NCBI GenBank assembly: GCA_965287045.1
Contig: OZ336878.1
Span: 110,422,001-110,486,000, forward strand
Reading direction: 5' to 3'
DNA: 64,000 nt
From: Carcharhinus amblyrhynchos
Taxonomy: Eukaryota
A model generated the notes under the pieces. It was not told where the DNA came from. It searched no databases and was given only the letters and a program-made list of their open reading frames with translations. Every line of letters begins with the position of its first letter. Position 1 is the stretch's first letter. Below are positions 11,656-23,958 of the stretch, piece after piece. A program made the position numbers and the translations under genes.

Positions 11656-12834
11656 TCTGTGACAAAGCCAAGTACTGTCCCCACATGCTCCACGCCATGA
11701 GAGAGAACGTGACCAAATTCTCTCGCAAAATAATTTTCATAGAAATCCATAATCGCTTCAATTGACCTGACGTGGATAGATTTGGGAAGCTTAGGGAGAA
11801 AGCAGCCAATGTTGCCGAGTCCAGGAAGAAACGTGAATCTTATGACGAGATATAGCTTGCGTTTACGTAGCTCTTTCCACCGTGTAAAACAACCTAATGT
11901 AAATCATTATTAAGCAACAGTTGACACTACAGTGAGATATTCCAGCAGCTTATCCAAGAGCTGGGATGAACTGATAGACTCTCAGGACAGTCTTAAAGGA
12001 GAAATGAGAGGACGTGAGGCGGAAACGGAAAGAAAAGAGAAAGGGAAATTGTGTTATAACTAACTATGTTTCAGTTAGTTACAAGAATAAAAAAAATGAC
12101 TGCTACCCACCAATGTGCGCCACAGTTGTCACATATTGAATGATTGATTTAATGTCTTCGCTCCATTGAATTACAGTCTGGTCATCAAAATTGAAGAAGG
12201 AACGCTTACCTAATTGTGCATCCGAGTAAACCTCAGAATGTTTCACTACTTTATAGCATTTTTGATCAATTTGCCCCAGGCTTTGCGGATCACAGTGTTT
12301 TTGTCACATCATATATAAGGTCTCAGGCAATGGTGCGCTGAGAAACTAAATGGCCGGAATTCTCCCATCCCGTCCGCCACTAGAATTTTAGCGGGCGCGT
12401 TGCGGAGCATGTGAAACGCCACTGACGGTCGGGTGGGAATTTTTGGCTTTAAGACCAGCGCGGTCGGAAAATTCCCAGTTCAAAATGAAAGTCTGTGTTA
12501 AGGAAAGAGCACATTTTCTCCTAAAGTTTTCACTTTTATTAATCACTGAAATACGCCATTTTGGACTATTACTGTTCTTCCAGCTTGAAAATATGCAATC
12601 AATTTAAAATGCGTATAGGTCAAAGAATTAAACAAGGAATCCAGGCTGTAAATGCGGTATGTGATAAAACTCAATGAAAACCATCGGTTTTGATTTGCAC
12701 TGTGGTTAATGTGGCTATTTTTGAGGAAGAAAGATGCAAAGCTAAGGTTCACGTTAACAAAATCAGCATGGTGAATATAATTGGAATAGAGGAAAACAGA
12801 AGTAAGATAGAGCGACTCGTTTAACATTTGGGAT

Positions 12835-13070
12835 GTGTTTTTTTTATTCATGTTTGGGACATGGATGTCGCTGCCTGGCCAGCATTTATTGCCCATCCAT
12901 AGTTGCCCTTGAGAAGGTGGTGGGGAGCTGCCGTCTTGAATCGCTGCAGTCCACGTGTTGTGGGTTGACCTGCAATGCCGTTAGCGTTAGGGGGGAAATT
13001 CCAGGATTCTTACCCAGCGACTGCGAATGAACGGCAATATATTTATAACTGAGAATAGTGAGAGGTTTGG
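12835..13070 (-). mobile_element. 3' end of a second LINE family (gggcaataaatgctggcc tail)
   Basis: Reverse complement of the tail seen at 20270-20470. Confidence 0.6.
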
Positions 13071-14149
13071 AGAGCCTAGTGTCAACATGGCTGCAGCCGG
13101 AAATGGAGATAGAAAGAGAAATCACCAAGGCACACAGCTGGCACTGTGAATCAACATTTGTTAACAAATGGACGTCTTCTTCAAATGCTTTCTAAGGAAT
13201 CCGAAAAAGTTAGGATCGGGGGTGAGGTGCGAGGCTCACACGCAACACTAGTATTATGCAAGAGTTTCAAATTGAATTTTTGTATTGATGCTGAATAGAA
13301 CTGTAGCCTGCTTGATATTAAACTTAATTCTATGGACATTTCCCGTGATACATTTAACAACGTCAAATTCTAACACATATGTGGCAATATATTAATGCCA
13401 GGCCGTAATGTCATAAGGCGTAGGTGGAGAGGTCGGTCATTCGGCCCATCGAGTCTGCTCCGCCATTCAGTGAGACCAGGGCTAATCTGATAAGATATTT
13501 CTCGACTCCACTTTCTCGCTGTGTCCCTTACTGATTAAAAATCCGTCCACCTCAGGCTTTAACATACTTAACGACCCAACCTCTGCAAACTTTTGCGGTA
13601 AAGAATTCCACAGATTCACTATCGAAACGAGGACTGCAGTTCGTGATTTACCCATGAAAAAGCCTTGTATCACATTTATTAGTTTTTGTCGAGAAATGTT
13701 CAGAGTTCATTCGTTCGTTGAAATAACCTGCCAGCCCTCACATATATTTCTTACCTGATTATAACGAGAACTTTAGTCTTTATAGTCTTTAGTCTATCGC
13801 ATGGGAGGTTGCCTGCATGGTGTGTTAATTTGTTCTCGTATTATATGAGCGATTTTCTGCTCTAAATATATCCTTTATTGCAGATTACCCCGCTGTATGT
13901 ATCTGATATAGGGACTCGGACTTTTTCCATTGTCGCCAACTTGCCACGCTTTGTGAAAGGAATTATTGACAATTGCCGTGTTCACGCTGCCAAGGTCGAG
14001 ATTCATTTGGGAGTTTGACCTTTGTAACGTGGGCGCTAGCTGACCCAAGTTCTCGAAGCTGTCCGGGCATTGTGTTAATCCTTATTTATCAGTGGGTCTT
14101 CCTGGTAACCGCTTGCAAACCCAAACTGTCATTTGCTGTCCCAAAGCTG

Positions 14150-14395
14150 TCTGTGTGGAGTTTGTACATTCTCCCTGTGTCTGCGTGGGTTTCCTCTGGG
14201 GGCTCTGGTTTCCTCTCACTGTCCAAAGATGTGCGGGTTAGGGTGAATTGGCCATGTTAAATTGCCCCTTAGTGTCAGGGGGGCTAGCTAGGGTAATTGC
14301 ATGGGGTAATGGGGATAGGGCGAGGGGGGAGGATTATGTTCCGTGCAGACTCAAGGGGCCGAATGGCCTCCTTCTGCACTGTAGGAATTCTATGA
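14150..14395 (+). mobile_element. 5'-truncated HE1-type SINE
   Basis: ctgtgtggagtttgtacattctcc ... gggccgaatggcctccttctgcactgtagg. Confidence 0.8.
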
Positions 14396-14668
14396 ATGCA
14401 ACATGCAACAGTGAACAGTATAATCATAATTAAATACCAACATGCAGTCAAAAGAAAAATGTTTCCACAACGAATGCTAGGTTCGCCCTACTGCTCCGTG
14501 TGATTTCCATTTCGGGTTTTCAATCAAAAGATGCTCAGTACAAGTTAAGAAATCAACGATTGACTCGAAGTTAAAAGCAATTGAAGATAGTAGTGCGCTA
14601 TTGTAGACGTTTACAAGCTGAAGCAAGTGACTTAACATAATCACAATATTTGTTCAAAAAAATTGCAG

Positions 14669-14905
14669 GGCGGAGTCATGTTGGAAAACTATGATTTATG
14701 AGAAGCTGAACCTCAGTCAAACAGCCACCCTCCTGATGCGATTGTGTGCAAGACAACGAGGTCATGCGTACAAAGCAAAAACACATAGCGAGAGGAGAGG
14801 TGTCACTCCCGGACAGCAACGGAGAATCTCAATTGCAGACATTTTATAAATTGTAACCGGATCTAGAGGCGGCTATTAGCATCAACAGAAATCGCTTTGA
14901 TGCTT
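14669..14905 (+). pseudogene. Decayed paralog of the ITIM cytoplasmic exon (TMIYEKLNLS..SLPDSNGES), frameshifted and internally deleted
   Basis: ttgcag| acceptor; aligns by eye with 41712-41867 and then jumps to 41992-42060. Confidence 0.75.
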
Positions 14906-15979
14906 AGCACCCATTTTGATAAGGATTGGGTTGGTTTATTTGTTCTGCCATCCACAGTTTAAAAGTTTAAAGTTCGGATTGGACATTAATAAATTGCTAC
15001 TTGAAAGTTCTGCATATTTAAACATAATAAGTATTCTTGCCCTTGATTGCGGAGGTGTGCTGAAAGTAATTTTTGTATCAGTAATTTGAGTGATTGATTC
15101 AGCGCTGCAATGATTCCTTCTCACCAAGCTCAAAGCGCCGTACATTGGGGATGGACACTGATTTATTGTTGTCCTTTTCTGAACCAAACCTGTTACATTT
15201 CGCTGTATTTGCGTCCCCCAATCGGCAGTCTTCTAATTTCATGCATTTTTTCGAAGTGCGATTTTGTTAACCAAACTTTAAAATCAATTATTTGTCATGC
15301 GTTCTCGAGATAAGGGCATAACAAGAGATGTGGTTCAGACGCCCCCTGCAGTCCCCTTCATCATCGAATACGATCACTCCGGATGTTTTGTCAATTTCCT
15401 GTCATACCTACATCGTTTAATTCCATTAGGGCAGTCTTGTCCAACATTTGCGCCTTGAAAAGGGCCACATTTTTATTTATCCCCCTTCAAGGCGCGGAGC
15501 CAATGAACAAATTTCGGGATGAAAAGGCTCCGTCCAACTTTGAGCGGATTTCTTTTTTAAATTGCGGTGTTGAGAAAAAGGAACAATTGCTGAACAAAAA
15601 TAAAGCAACATTAAACAGTAAGCTGTTAAGGAGTGTATTCAATAAAAATTGCCGGAGTGTGAGAGGGTTAGAGTGTGTGTGCCAGGCTCTATCAGTGTAA
15701 GGGTGCGCTCAGTAATCCACTGGGAGTAAATGCCTGTATGTGTTGGTGTGTGCTGGGAAACTGAGTGCGAATAAGGCGGACACAGTCACTCTCAATCCTG
15801 CACACCCGCAATTGCTCAGGCACAGACAGACAGAGACACACAAAGTCAATTTCTCTCACTTCCTCACCACACCCATCACCCCGCCCTTACCGCCCGCCCC
15901 CAACACCCCCACCCTCCCCACCCAAGACCATCTGTTCCGCCTGTCGCACAGACAATTCCTCGGTAAATTGTTCAATCTT

Positions 15980-16850
15980 ACTTCGACACACACTCAGTCA
16001 CTCATGCACGCTCTCATTCACTCAATCACACACACACACAGACACGCATCCCACATGAACACATGCACCAAAACACTCTTATTCTCTCACTCCCACGTTC
16101 ACACTCTCTCATTTCCGAACCCACACATCCACACTCAGTCCCTCACTCCCATGCACATAGTCTTTCACTGCCTCATCCACACATGCACACTCACTCCCTC
16201 AGTCCCATGCACATACACACTCTCAATCCCTCACCTATTTACACCCCCATGTTCCCTCACTCCCATGCACACACTCCTTCTCACTCCCACGTCGGTACTC
16301 GCTCTCACTCCCAAACCTTCATATCTATACTCACGTCCTCTCTCCCGCACCCACATATCCCCACTCACTCCCATTCACACACTCATTACCTCGTTCCTGT
16401 TCAGAAGCGCTCACTCTCTCACTCTGACAAACATATATAAATAGATAGACGGATAGATAGATAGATACGCACACAGCCTCTTTCGTCCCATATACATTCA
16501 TCCTCTTGCAATCCACCCCCACACACGCCCACTCTCTTGTACTACCATACATGCACAATTCTCTCCCCACACACACACACTCAATCTCTCTTCCATATAC
16601 ACATTTATGCGTTCTCACTCCCCCCACACATCCACTTTCTGTCTCTCACGCACAAATTCGCTCTCTGCCCACACACTATGTCCCACAAACACACATACAA
16701 TCAATCTTTCATCTCCGCCCCCACCGACGCATAAACATTCTAACACCGACTCACGCCTCACTCTCTCAGTGCCACCCACACAAAAAACACTCATTCTCCT
16801 GCACTTCCAAACATAAGCATAATATCTCATACAAGACTCACACACATTGC
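15980..16850. repeat. Degenerate CA/CT-rich simple repeat
   Basis: cactca/cacaca/ctctc runs. Confidence 0.85.
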
Positions 16851-17414
16851 TACCATCTTCCTCACCCCGGCCCTCTCCCGCTGACCCACCCGAACCAACA
16901 GTCCCAGGGACTATGGCATTGCAAAGGTCACGCTGTACTTCACTTCCCAGGCATTGATCCCTCGTTCACATCCTGGCACTCAGCTCTCGACGCTCAGTTC
17001 CCCAACATTCTGCCCCTCGGCATTCTGCCCACTGTAGACGGATCCCTGACATTCTACTTTACTGCACTCTAGTCCCCGATCATTTTGCATCATTTTGGCT
17101 GAACCCGAAGTCCGCACTAATCCTGATCCTGAATCAAAGCTGGTTTCTCTTCCCCATTTGCTGCTGTAAGTTTCTTTAGTGAGACAAATGGCATGTAATT
17201 ATAGGGGAAACACATTGAAGATTCCTTCAAGTCAACTGGCATTTTGAAAACTGCCTCTAGAGGCCAAATACAGGGGTTTCCAGGACCGCATCTGGCCTGC
17301 GGATTATACGTTGGACAAGACTATCTTAGAGATCTATCTATCTTAATGACTATTATCTGCAACACATTGGGTAAGGTAATTAGTGATTCAAAACGTTAGC
17401 AGTGAAGATATTTA

Positions 17415-17695
17415 TTTTATTAGTGTCACAAATTGGCTTACATTGTCTCAGCAATGAAGTTACCGTAAAAATCCTCTAGTTACCACATTCCGGCACATGT
17501 TCAGGTACACTGAAGGAGAATTTAACTTGGCCAATACACCTAACCAGCACATGTTTCGGACTGTGAGAGGAAACACACGCAGATACAGGGAGAACGTGCA
17601 AAATCCACACAGACAGCGACCCAAACAGGGAATTAAACCCGGGTCCCTGGTACTGTGGAGCAGCAGCGCTAACTGGCACTGTGAAGCCACAGCGT
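17415..17695 (-). mobile_element. SINE family B
   Basis: tttattagtgtcacaa..ggcttacatt.. tail and HE1-like head. Confidence 0.75.
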
Positions 17696-17954
17696 CGCCC
17701 TCTGCTACCTTTACATCTCTGTCCTAAACAGCTGATCTTTCATCTTGGCTGGGTATTTCTAATTTGTGATGCTCAGGGGGAAATCTCTTCAACATTTACC
17801 CTAACAAAGCCCCTTCAGGATCGGATTAAAGGCCAGTCAGCTGAAATTCTCTCTCGCTTTATCTTTCCGAAAATACTGACTCCTCTGATGATTGGTTCTA
17901 GAGTTTCCCCTGATTATTTCAGATTTCCAGCACTCACACTGTCATGGAATAATA

Positions 17955-18255
17955 GAATCATTGAAACCTGCACTGCAGAAGGAGGTCATTCGGCCCATCG
18001 AGTCTGCACCAACCACAATCTCACCCTCTCACCACGCATTTACCCTAGCTAGTACCGTTGGCATTAATGGACAATTTAGGATGGCCAACCCACCTAACCA
18101 GCACATCTTTAGACTGGGGGAGAAAACCGGAGCAATCCCAAGCAGAAACAGGGAAAATGTACAAATGCCACACAGACAGTGAAACGAGCCTTGGAATTGA
18201 ACACGGGTCTTTGGCGTTGTGAAGCAGCCATGATAACCACTATGCCACCATCCCA
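17955..18255 (-). mobile_element. HE1-type SINE
   Basis: cactgcagaaggaggtcattcggcccatcgagtctgcacc ... Confidence 0.8.
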
Positions 18256-18444
18256 CCCCATCTGTTACTTCAGGATCTTCTATGTTTCAATGAGATCACC
18301 TCTCATTCTATTGATTAAAGTTCTAATCTATTCCAACTCTCGTCAGAGACAACTTTCGCCATAATAGTCAAGTACACCATTCTGAAGAGAAGTGGACCAA
18401 ACCTGCCAGCAGTCCTCCACGTATGGCCTCACAAAAACCCTGTA

Positions 18445-19100
18445 GTTCATAGAACATTACAGCGCAGTACAGGCCCTTCGGCCCTCGATGTTGCGCCGAC
18501 TAGTGGAACCAATCTAATGACCCTCTAACCTAAACTATTCCAATGTTATCCATATGCCTATCCACTGACCATTTGAACGCCCTTAAAGTTGGCGAGTCCA
18601 CGACTGCTGCAGGCAGGGCATTCCACGCCCTTACTACCCTCTGAGTAAAGAACCTACCTCTGACATCCGTCCTATAACTACCACCCCTTAAGTTAAAGCC
18701 ATGTCCCCTCGTGTTAGCCATCGCCATCCGAGGAAAAAGGCTCTCGCTGTCCACCCTTTCCAATCCTCTGATCATCTTGTATGCCTCAATTAGGTCACCT
18801 CGTAACCTTCTTCTTTCTAATGAAAACAACCTCAAGTCCCTCAGCCTTTCCTCATAAGACCTTCCCACCATACCAGGCAACATCCTGGTAAACCTCCTCT
18901 GCACCCTTTCCAATGCCTCCACTTCTTTCTTATAATGCGGCGACCAGAACTGTACGCAACACTCCAAGTGCGGCCGCACTAGAGTTTTGTACAGTTGTAA
19001 CATGACCTCACGGCCCCGAAGTTCAATCCCTCGGCCAATAAAAGCTAACACACCGCACACCTTCTTAACAACCTTATCAACCTGGGTGCCAACTTTCAGG
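18445..19100 (-). mobile_element. CR1 LINE 3' fragment (ORF2 C-terminus)
   Basis: ORF 18530-19060: LYKTLVRPHLE.CVQFWSP..LERVQRRFTRM..RGDLIE..TRGH..FFTQRVV.AWNALP. Confidence 0.93.
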
Positions 19101-19349
19101 GTACCACAGCAAGTCTTCCTGAGTGCTGCTCCCCAGCTCCTTTGCAGTACAGTTGAACATGTCCGTAGCTTTTCTAGCCACTTACAGTGCCTGCATGGTA
19201 AATTCCTACGTCATTTGTGTACACTAAAGCATCTGCGAAGGTTAATGCTAATCACTCTTACATTGTTTTCGAAAATCTAATTTTCTATCGTTCTTTCCAA
19301 AGGGAATAACTCGTGTTTCTCCACATTGTGCTCAACTTGTCACGTTGTT

Positions 19350-19695
19350 AGAATCCCTAGTGCAGAAGGAGGCTATTCGGCCCATCGAGTCTGCACTGCC
19401 CTCAATCCCACCCAAGCCCTATTCCTGTAACCCCACTTATTTACCTGCTAATTCCCCACGGCACTGGGGTCAATTTCGGCATGGCCAATCAACCTAACCA
19501 GCACATCTTTGGACTGTGCGAGGAAACCGGAGCACACGGAGGAAACGCACACAGACACGGGAATGGATTGTGCAGAGTGACTCCCAGCGTGATATTGAAA
19601 CTGGAACTGTGTACAGTGAGCGAAGGCCAGAATTGAACCAGGGTCCCTAATTCTGTGAGGCAGCAGAGTTAATCATTGCGTCAGCGTGCCGCCGT
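19350..19695 (-). mobile_element. HE1-type SINE
   Basis: Characteristic tail and head motifs in reverse. Confidence 0.8.
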
Positions 19696-20269
19696 TGGCT
19701 CCCTATCCATTGCCATCTAGACATCCTGACGTATTGCAACATTTGTTCCCCAATATCTACCCTGTCAGATACTTCCTCAAAAACACCAATCAATTTCCCA
19801 GACAAGATCTCATTTTCATGAAATCACAATGACCCGAAATGAATGGAATCGAAGCAAACCCTACAGCCCAGCAAAGGCCTTGGATTTAACTTCTCCGATC
19901 CTTTCTGCTGCGACAATCATTATGGGTAAGACGGAAATTTTGGCAAACTATTTCGAAGTACGTTGAATTCGGGCGGGGATTTCCGATCTCGCCGTGGGCG
20001 CGACCGGACGATTTGGCCAGTGACCTTCCGGGGTCCTTTGCCACAGGCGCAAATTCTCTTATGACCAGGAATCCCCGTCAGAGGGCCATAACGGAATTTG
20101 TGGTGGGGAGAACTTAAAAGATCTTGCCCTCCCCGCTCCCTCCTCCTGCCACTTAATCTAGTTCAGGCCCAGCTAGACAAAGGGCTTAACTACCATTGAT
20201 TTTCACATATTGAAATATTCCCGAATGACATTACTCCATAGCTTCCGGGGACATCTGTGACCGGAATAC

Positions 20270-20470
20270 TTGGAAAGTTATCACCGTTTCTTCACTGTGG
20301 CTGAGTTAAAATCCTGGGATCCCCACCCTATCGGGCGTGTCTACACCTCAGGGTCTGCAGCGGTTCAAGAAGACAGCTCACTACCACCTTCGCAAGGGCA
20401 ACTACTGATGGGCACTAATTGCTGGCCTTGCCAGCGATGTCCACATCCCATAAAATGAAGAGAATTAAAA
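20270..20470 (+). mobile_element. 3' end of second LINE family
   Basis: ctgcagcggttcaagaagacagctcactaccacctt..gatgggcactaattgctggcc..A-rich end. Confidence 0.6.
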
Positions 20471-20804
20471 AATATCTTTGTCCTACTCTGATGAATTGCC
20501 ACAGAATGGAATTATTAATTCTGCTTCTCTCCATAGATGTTGTCTGAACATTTCCAGCATTTGAACAAAATATATTTCAGAGTTCCAGCTTCTGCTGTTA
20601 TTCGTTACTGTTGTACACGCAAATAGAACAACGCTTCAAAGGTACTTTAACAACTGAAACGTATTTTGGGTCCTTGGGAAACGCTGCAAAGCTAATTTTG
20701 TTTCTGTTATTGAACTCTGATTTTAGACAATTAGTCAAATCTGACAGAGCCCCAAATATACAACCCAACAGGCAGTCAGGAACTAACGTTCATTTCTGAC
20801 ATTA

Positions 20805-21290
20805 TGTGGAGATGCAGAGTTGTACCGGGGTGGAGACAGTAAGAAGTCTGTCCCACCTTTTGGTAAGCGCTCTCCAAGGCGGCCTTCAAAACATAGGACA
20901 ACGCAGAATCACCTAACAGAAACTGATGGCCAAGTTCCACACACATGAGGACAGCCTCAACCGGGATCTTGGGTTCATGTTACAGTACCTGTAACCCCCA
21001 TCATTTGGCCTGGGCTTGCAAAATCCTACTAATCGTCCTGCCTTGAGACAAGTCGCATCTCTCTAACCTGTGTTTATCCCTTTCTCCACACGTGTTGTCT
21101 GTACCTGTAAAGACTTGATTACCTGTAAAGACTCACATTCCAACCATTGTCTTGCAACTCTGTCTCCGTCCATATATGCTGTGTTTATGAACCCACTTGT
21201 CCACTCAACTGATAAAGGGACAGCCCTCCGAAAGCTCATAATTCCAGATAAACCTGTTGGACTTTAATCCGGTGCTGTGAAACTTCTTAC
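20805..21290. mobile_element. Penelope-like element terminal fragment (short inverted piece plus + strand piece)
   Basis: Shares blocks with 35866-36930 and 55430-55545 (aaccgggatcttgggttcatg; aaacctgttggactttaa). Confidence 0.6.
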
Positions 21291-21584
21291 CTTCTGACAT
21301 TGTCATTGGCTATCCCTCAATTCGATATTGGTAGTTACTCAGAGATGTGTGTTTCCACCATGCGTCCTCATATGCCTAACTTGCTGATCTTTGGCCTCAT
21401 GGGTCAGGGTGAGTCAGGAGGCACGGAAGTGCAGCCGTTGTTTGCTTGTCCTTCCGTATCTATTCAATTGTAGACAATTGGTAACACGTACCAGACATGA
21501 ATATCAGTGCTGCCATAGGTCAAGGAAAGCTATAGATGTTTTTGTCATATTTTCTTAGTTTTGTCCATGAACATGAGTCATTTA

Positions 21585-21950
21585 GTGGGAGGTGATGGCT
21601 TTGTGTTATTATCACCAGACTATTCAGCCAGCAACTCAGCTAATGTTCTGGTGTCCAGGGTTCGAATCCCACCGTGGCAAATGGTGAAATTTGAATGCAA
21701 TAAAAATAGTATCTGGAATTAAGTATCTATCGATGAGAATGGAACTATTGTCCATTGTCAGAAATGAAACTTCTGGTTTACTAATGTCTTATAGAGACAT
21801 TAAAATCCTTACCTGGGCTGGCTTACATGTGACTCCAGAGCCACAGCAATGTTGTTGACTCTCAACTACTCTCCAAGTCTAATTACGGATGGGCAATACA
21901 TGCTGGCCAGCCAGCGACACCAATGTCCCACAAATGAATGAGAAGAAAAT
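21585..21950 (+). mobile_element. SINE family C (tRNA-like head, LINE-like gggcaataaatgctggcc tail)
   Basis: gggttcgaatccc B-box; recurs at about 26385, 29375(-), 38225, 48170(-). Confidence 0.75.
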
Positions 21951-23915
21951 GACTTGTACAAATAGTACAGGGGCCTGACCACTGTTGGCGCTGTCAGCCA
22001 GCGTTACCGTGAAATGGGAGGTCGCCATGTTGCTCACTTCATTCAAATCATGAGAGGAGATTCTATCGAGCAATTATCGCCGGCCTATTGTTAAGCAGCT
22101 CCACAATTCTGAAATCAAGTGCTCTCTGCCGCACAGAATCTTGCGTCAACTGCGCAAGCCACGCTGCATCACAAAGAAATCAACAAAGTCTTCTGAAATG
22201 TACCGAATGCTGGTACTTTGTGAAAATAAACATCTGGCTGACATAAAACCCCACCATTATTTTGGCTGATCACCTTTCAATCTCATTTGTTGAACCTGCC
22301 TTTTCTCAGGCTATCTGGGCATTATTTCTGTAGTAAATATCTTTCCTCCGTGTTGTTACGCTTTAGCATACGAACTTTTGCACATGCAATGGAATTGCGG
22401 AGCAATGCAAATGTCCGAATAGCTGAATTGTGCTGCCCGGGACTCTCTGCAAATGTCCCTTCCGCTAAGTCGCTTATTCAGTGTGAGTGACTTAGCACTG
22501 TATATCCCGATTTGTAACCTTAGAAAAGGTACGCTGTTCAATCACTGGCGTGACCACCCCAATTTAGCCGACCTTCACCAACCTGACAGCTTACCAATGA
22601 CCCTAAACCCTATGGATCCCAATGCCTCACTCCCCAATACCCCGCATCGACCGTCCCAACCTGACCGACTGCCCTCCAGACAATCTAGTGATCGGACCTT
22701 TCCACCTACCCCACCTACCACCCCCACTACTGGACACTCTCCCCCTCCCCGACCATTCCATCCTGATTTCCCCTCCCCCCCACAAGCAACCGACCTTTTC
22801 TTCCCATCCCCCGATCAGCCTTCCGACCCCTCGCCCCACTCATCCTCGGACCGAATCTCGACCTCAATTACCTAATACAGACTCACTCACCAAACGACAC
22901 ACGCAGCCAGCCGTTCGCACAGTCATCTACCCACTTACCCACTGACACAACTACTCACACACTCAATCACGCACACATTCACTCACACCATCACTCAGTC
23001 ACTCAGCCAACTGCTCACCCACCCGTTCATCCGTTCACCCACCTGTCCCCCCTTGACAGTCACCCACACACTGAATGTCTTTGAGATCTGTAACCACTTC
23101 CCTGAGTGCGGCAGTTGATGTTCCGAGAAGGGACATTGTACCCCGCCCTGCCCCCGAGTAGGTGACTGCTTTGAAATATTGCTGTTGCAGTCGCGCCAGG
23201 AAATCCCGCCTGGATGGACTGCGACCATCGCAGTCAGCGGCCATCATCCCGATCATGACCTCTGACAGAAATATGTCTACTAATGACTGATGATCCCAGG
23301 CCTAGCTCATTTCCGGTACGATAATAATAGCAACCGGAGATGACGAAGCTGATATGATGCTTACCACAAGTGTATCACTGACTAATCAAAACCCTACCCT
23401 TGAGATCAGACAGAGGTTGATTGCAGCAGTTTCACTCAGAAGGTGATGGTTCTACTTTGTAATTGATGCGGGCAGCAATATAACAATTATTCCAACCTGG
23501 ATGTCTCCATCTGCTTGTATGGCTCAATCCAGATGTCTGATTAAACTTTAACAAAGCAGGTAAGTTGGTATAAATTCCAAAGTAATTCGTCCGTCCTCTC
23601 AAGATGTAACGAAAGATTATTTTCAGAAGCCGAGGCCGTGGTTAAGTTCCACGAGGGTTACAATTGGACGTTACATTTTCTAGTGTGTTTGATAATTAAT
23701 AAGTGAGATCAGGTTCTCAATTGATTTCAAACAGGAAATCAGTTAGAATTCCTGCCAGTTAGTCTCCACTGTTACATTGCAGCGACCTCCGGCTATAACG
23801 ACAAACGCACTAAATTTAACTGCTTCATCTCTTTTGTTCCCGATGTTGAATGAATTGCTGTGAAAAAATGTTATTAATAAATACTACTCATCTATCCACA
23901 GACAACTGCGAAGCC

Positions 23916-23958
23916 ATGCTATGCAATCGAATCGTTTGGTCATTGTTGTTGCTCTCTG
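23916..23958 (+). CDS. NCR3: NKp30/NCR3-like gene B, signal peptide exon (MLCNRIVWSLLLLS-G)
   Basis: ccacag| acceptor at 23901, gccATG, G|gtaagt donor, phase 1. Confidence 0.85.

Noticed and set aside
12075-12139. Candidate terminal exon for gene A (VSYKNKKNDCYPPMCATVVTY*)
   Set aside because: Only an AG acceptor and a short open frame; no homology to gene B or C tails
12585-12825. Nearly open + strand frame (LKICNQFKMRIGQRIKQG..)
   Set aside because: Internal stop, no recognisable family, no consistent splice phase
13884-13906. Candidate terminal micro-exon for gene A (DYPAVCI*)
   Set aside because: Good acceptor but no other support
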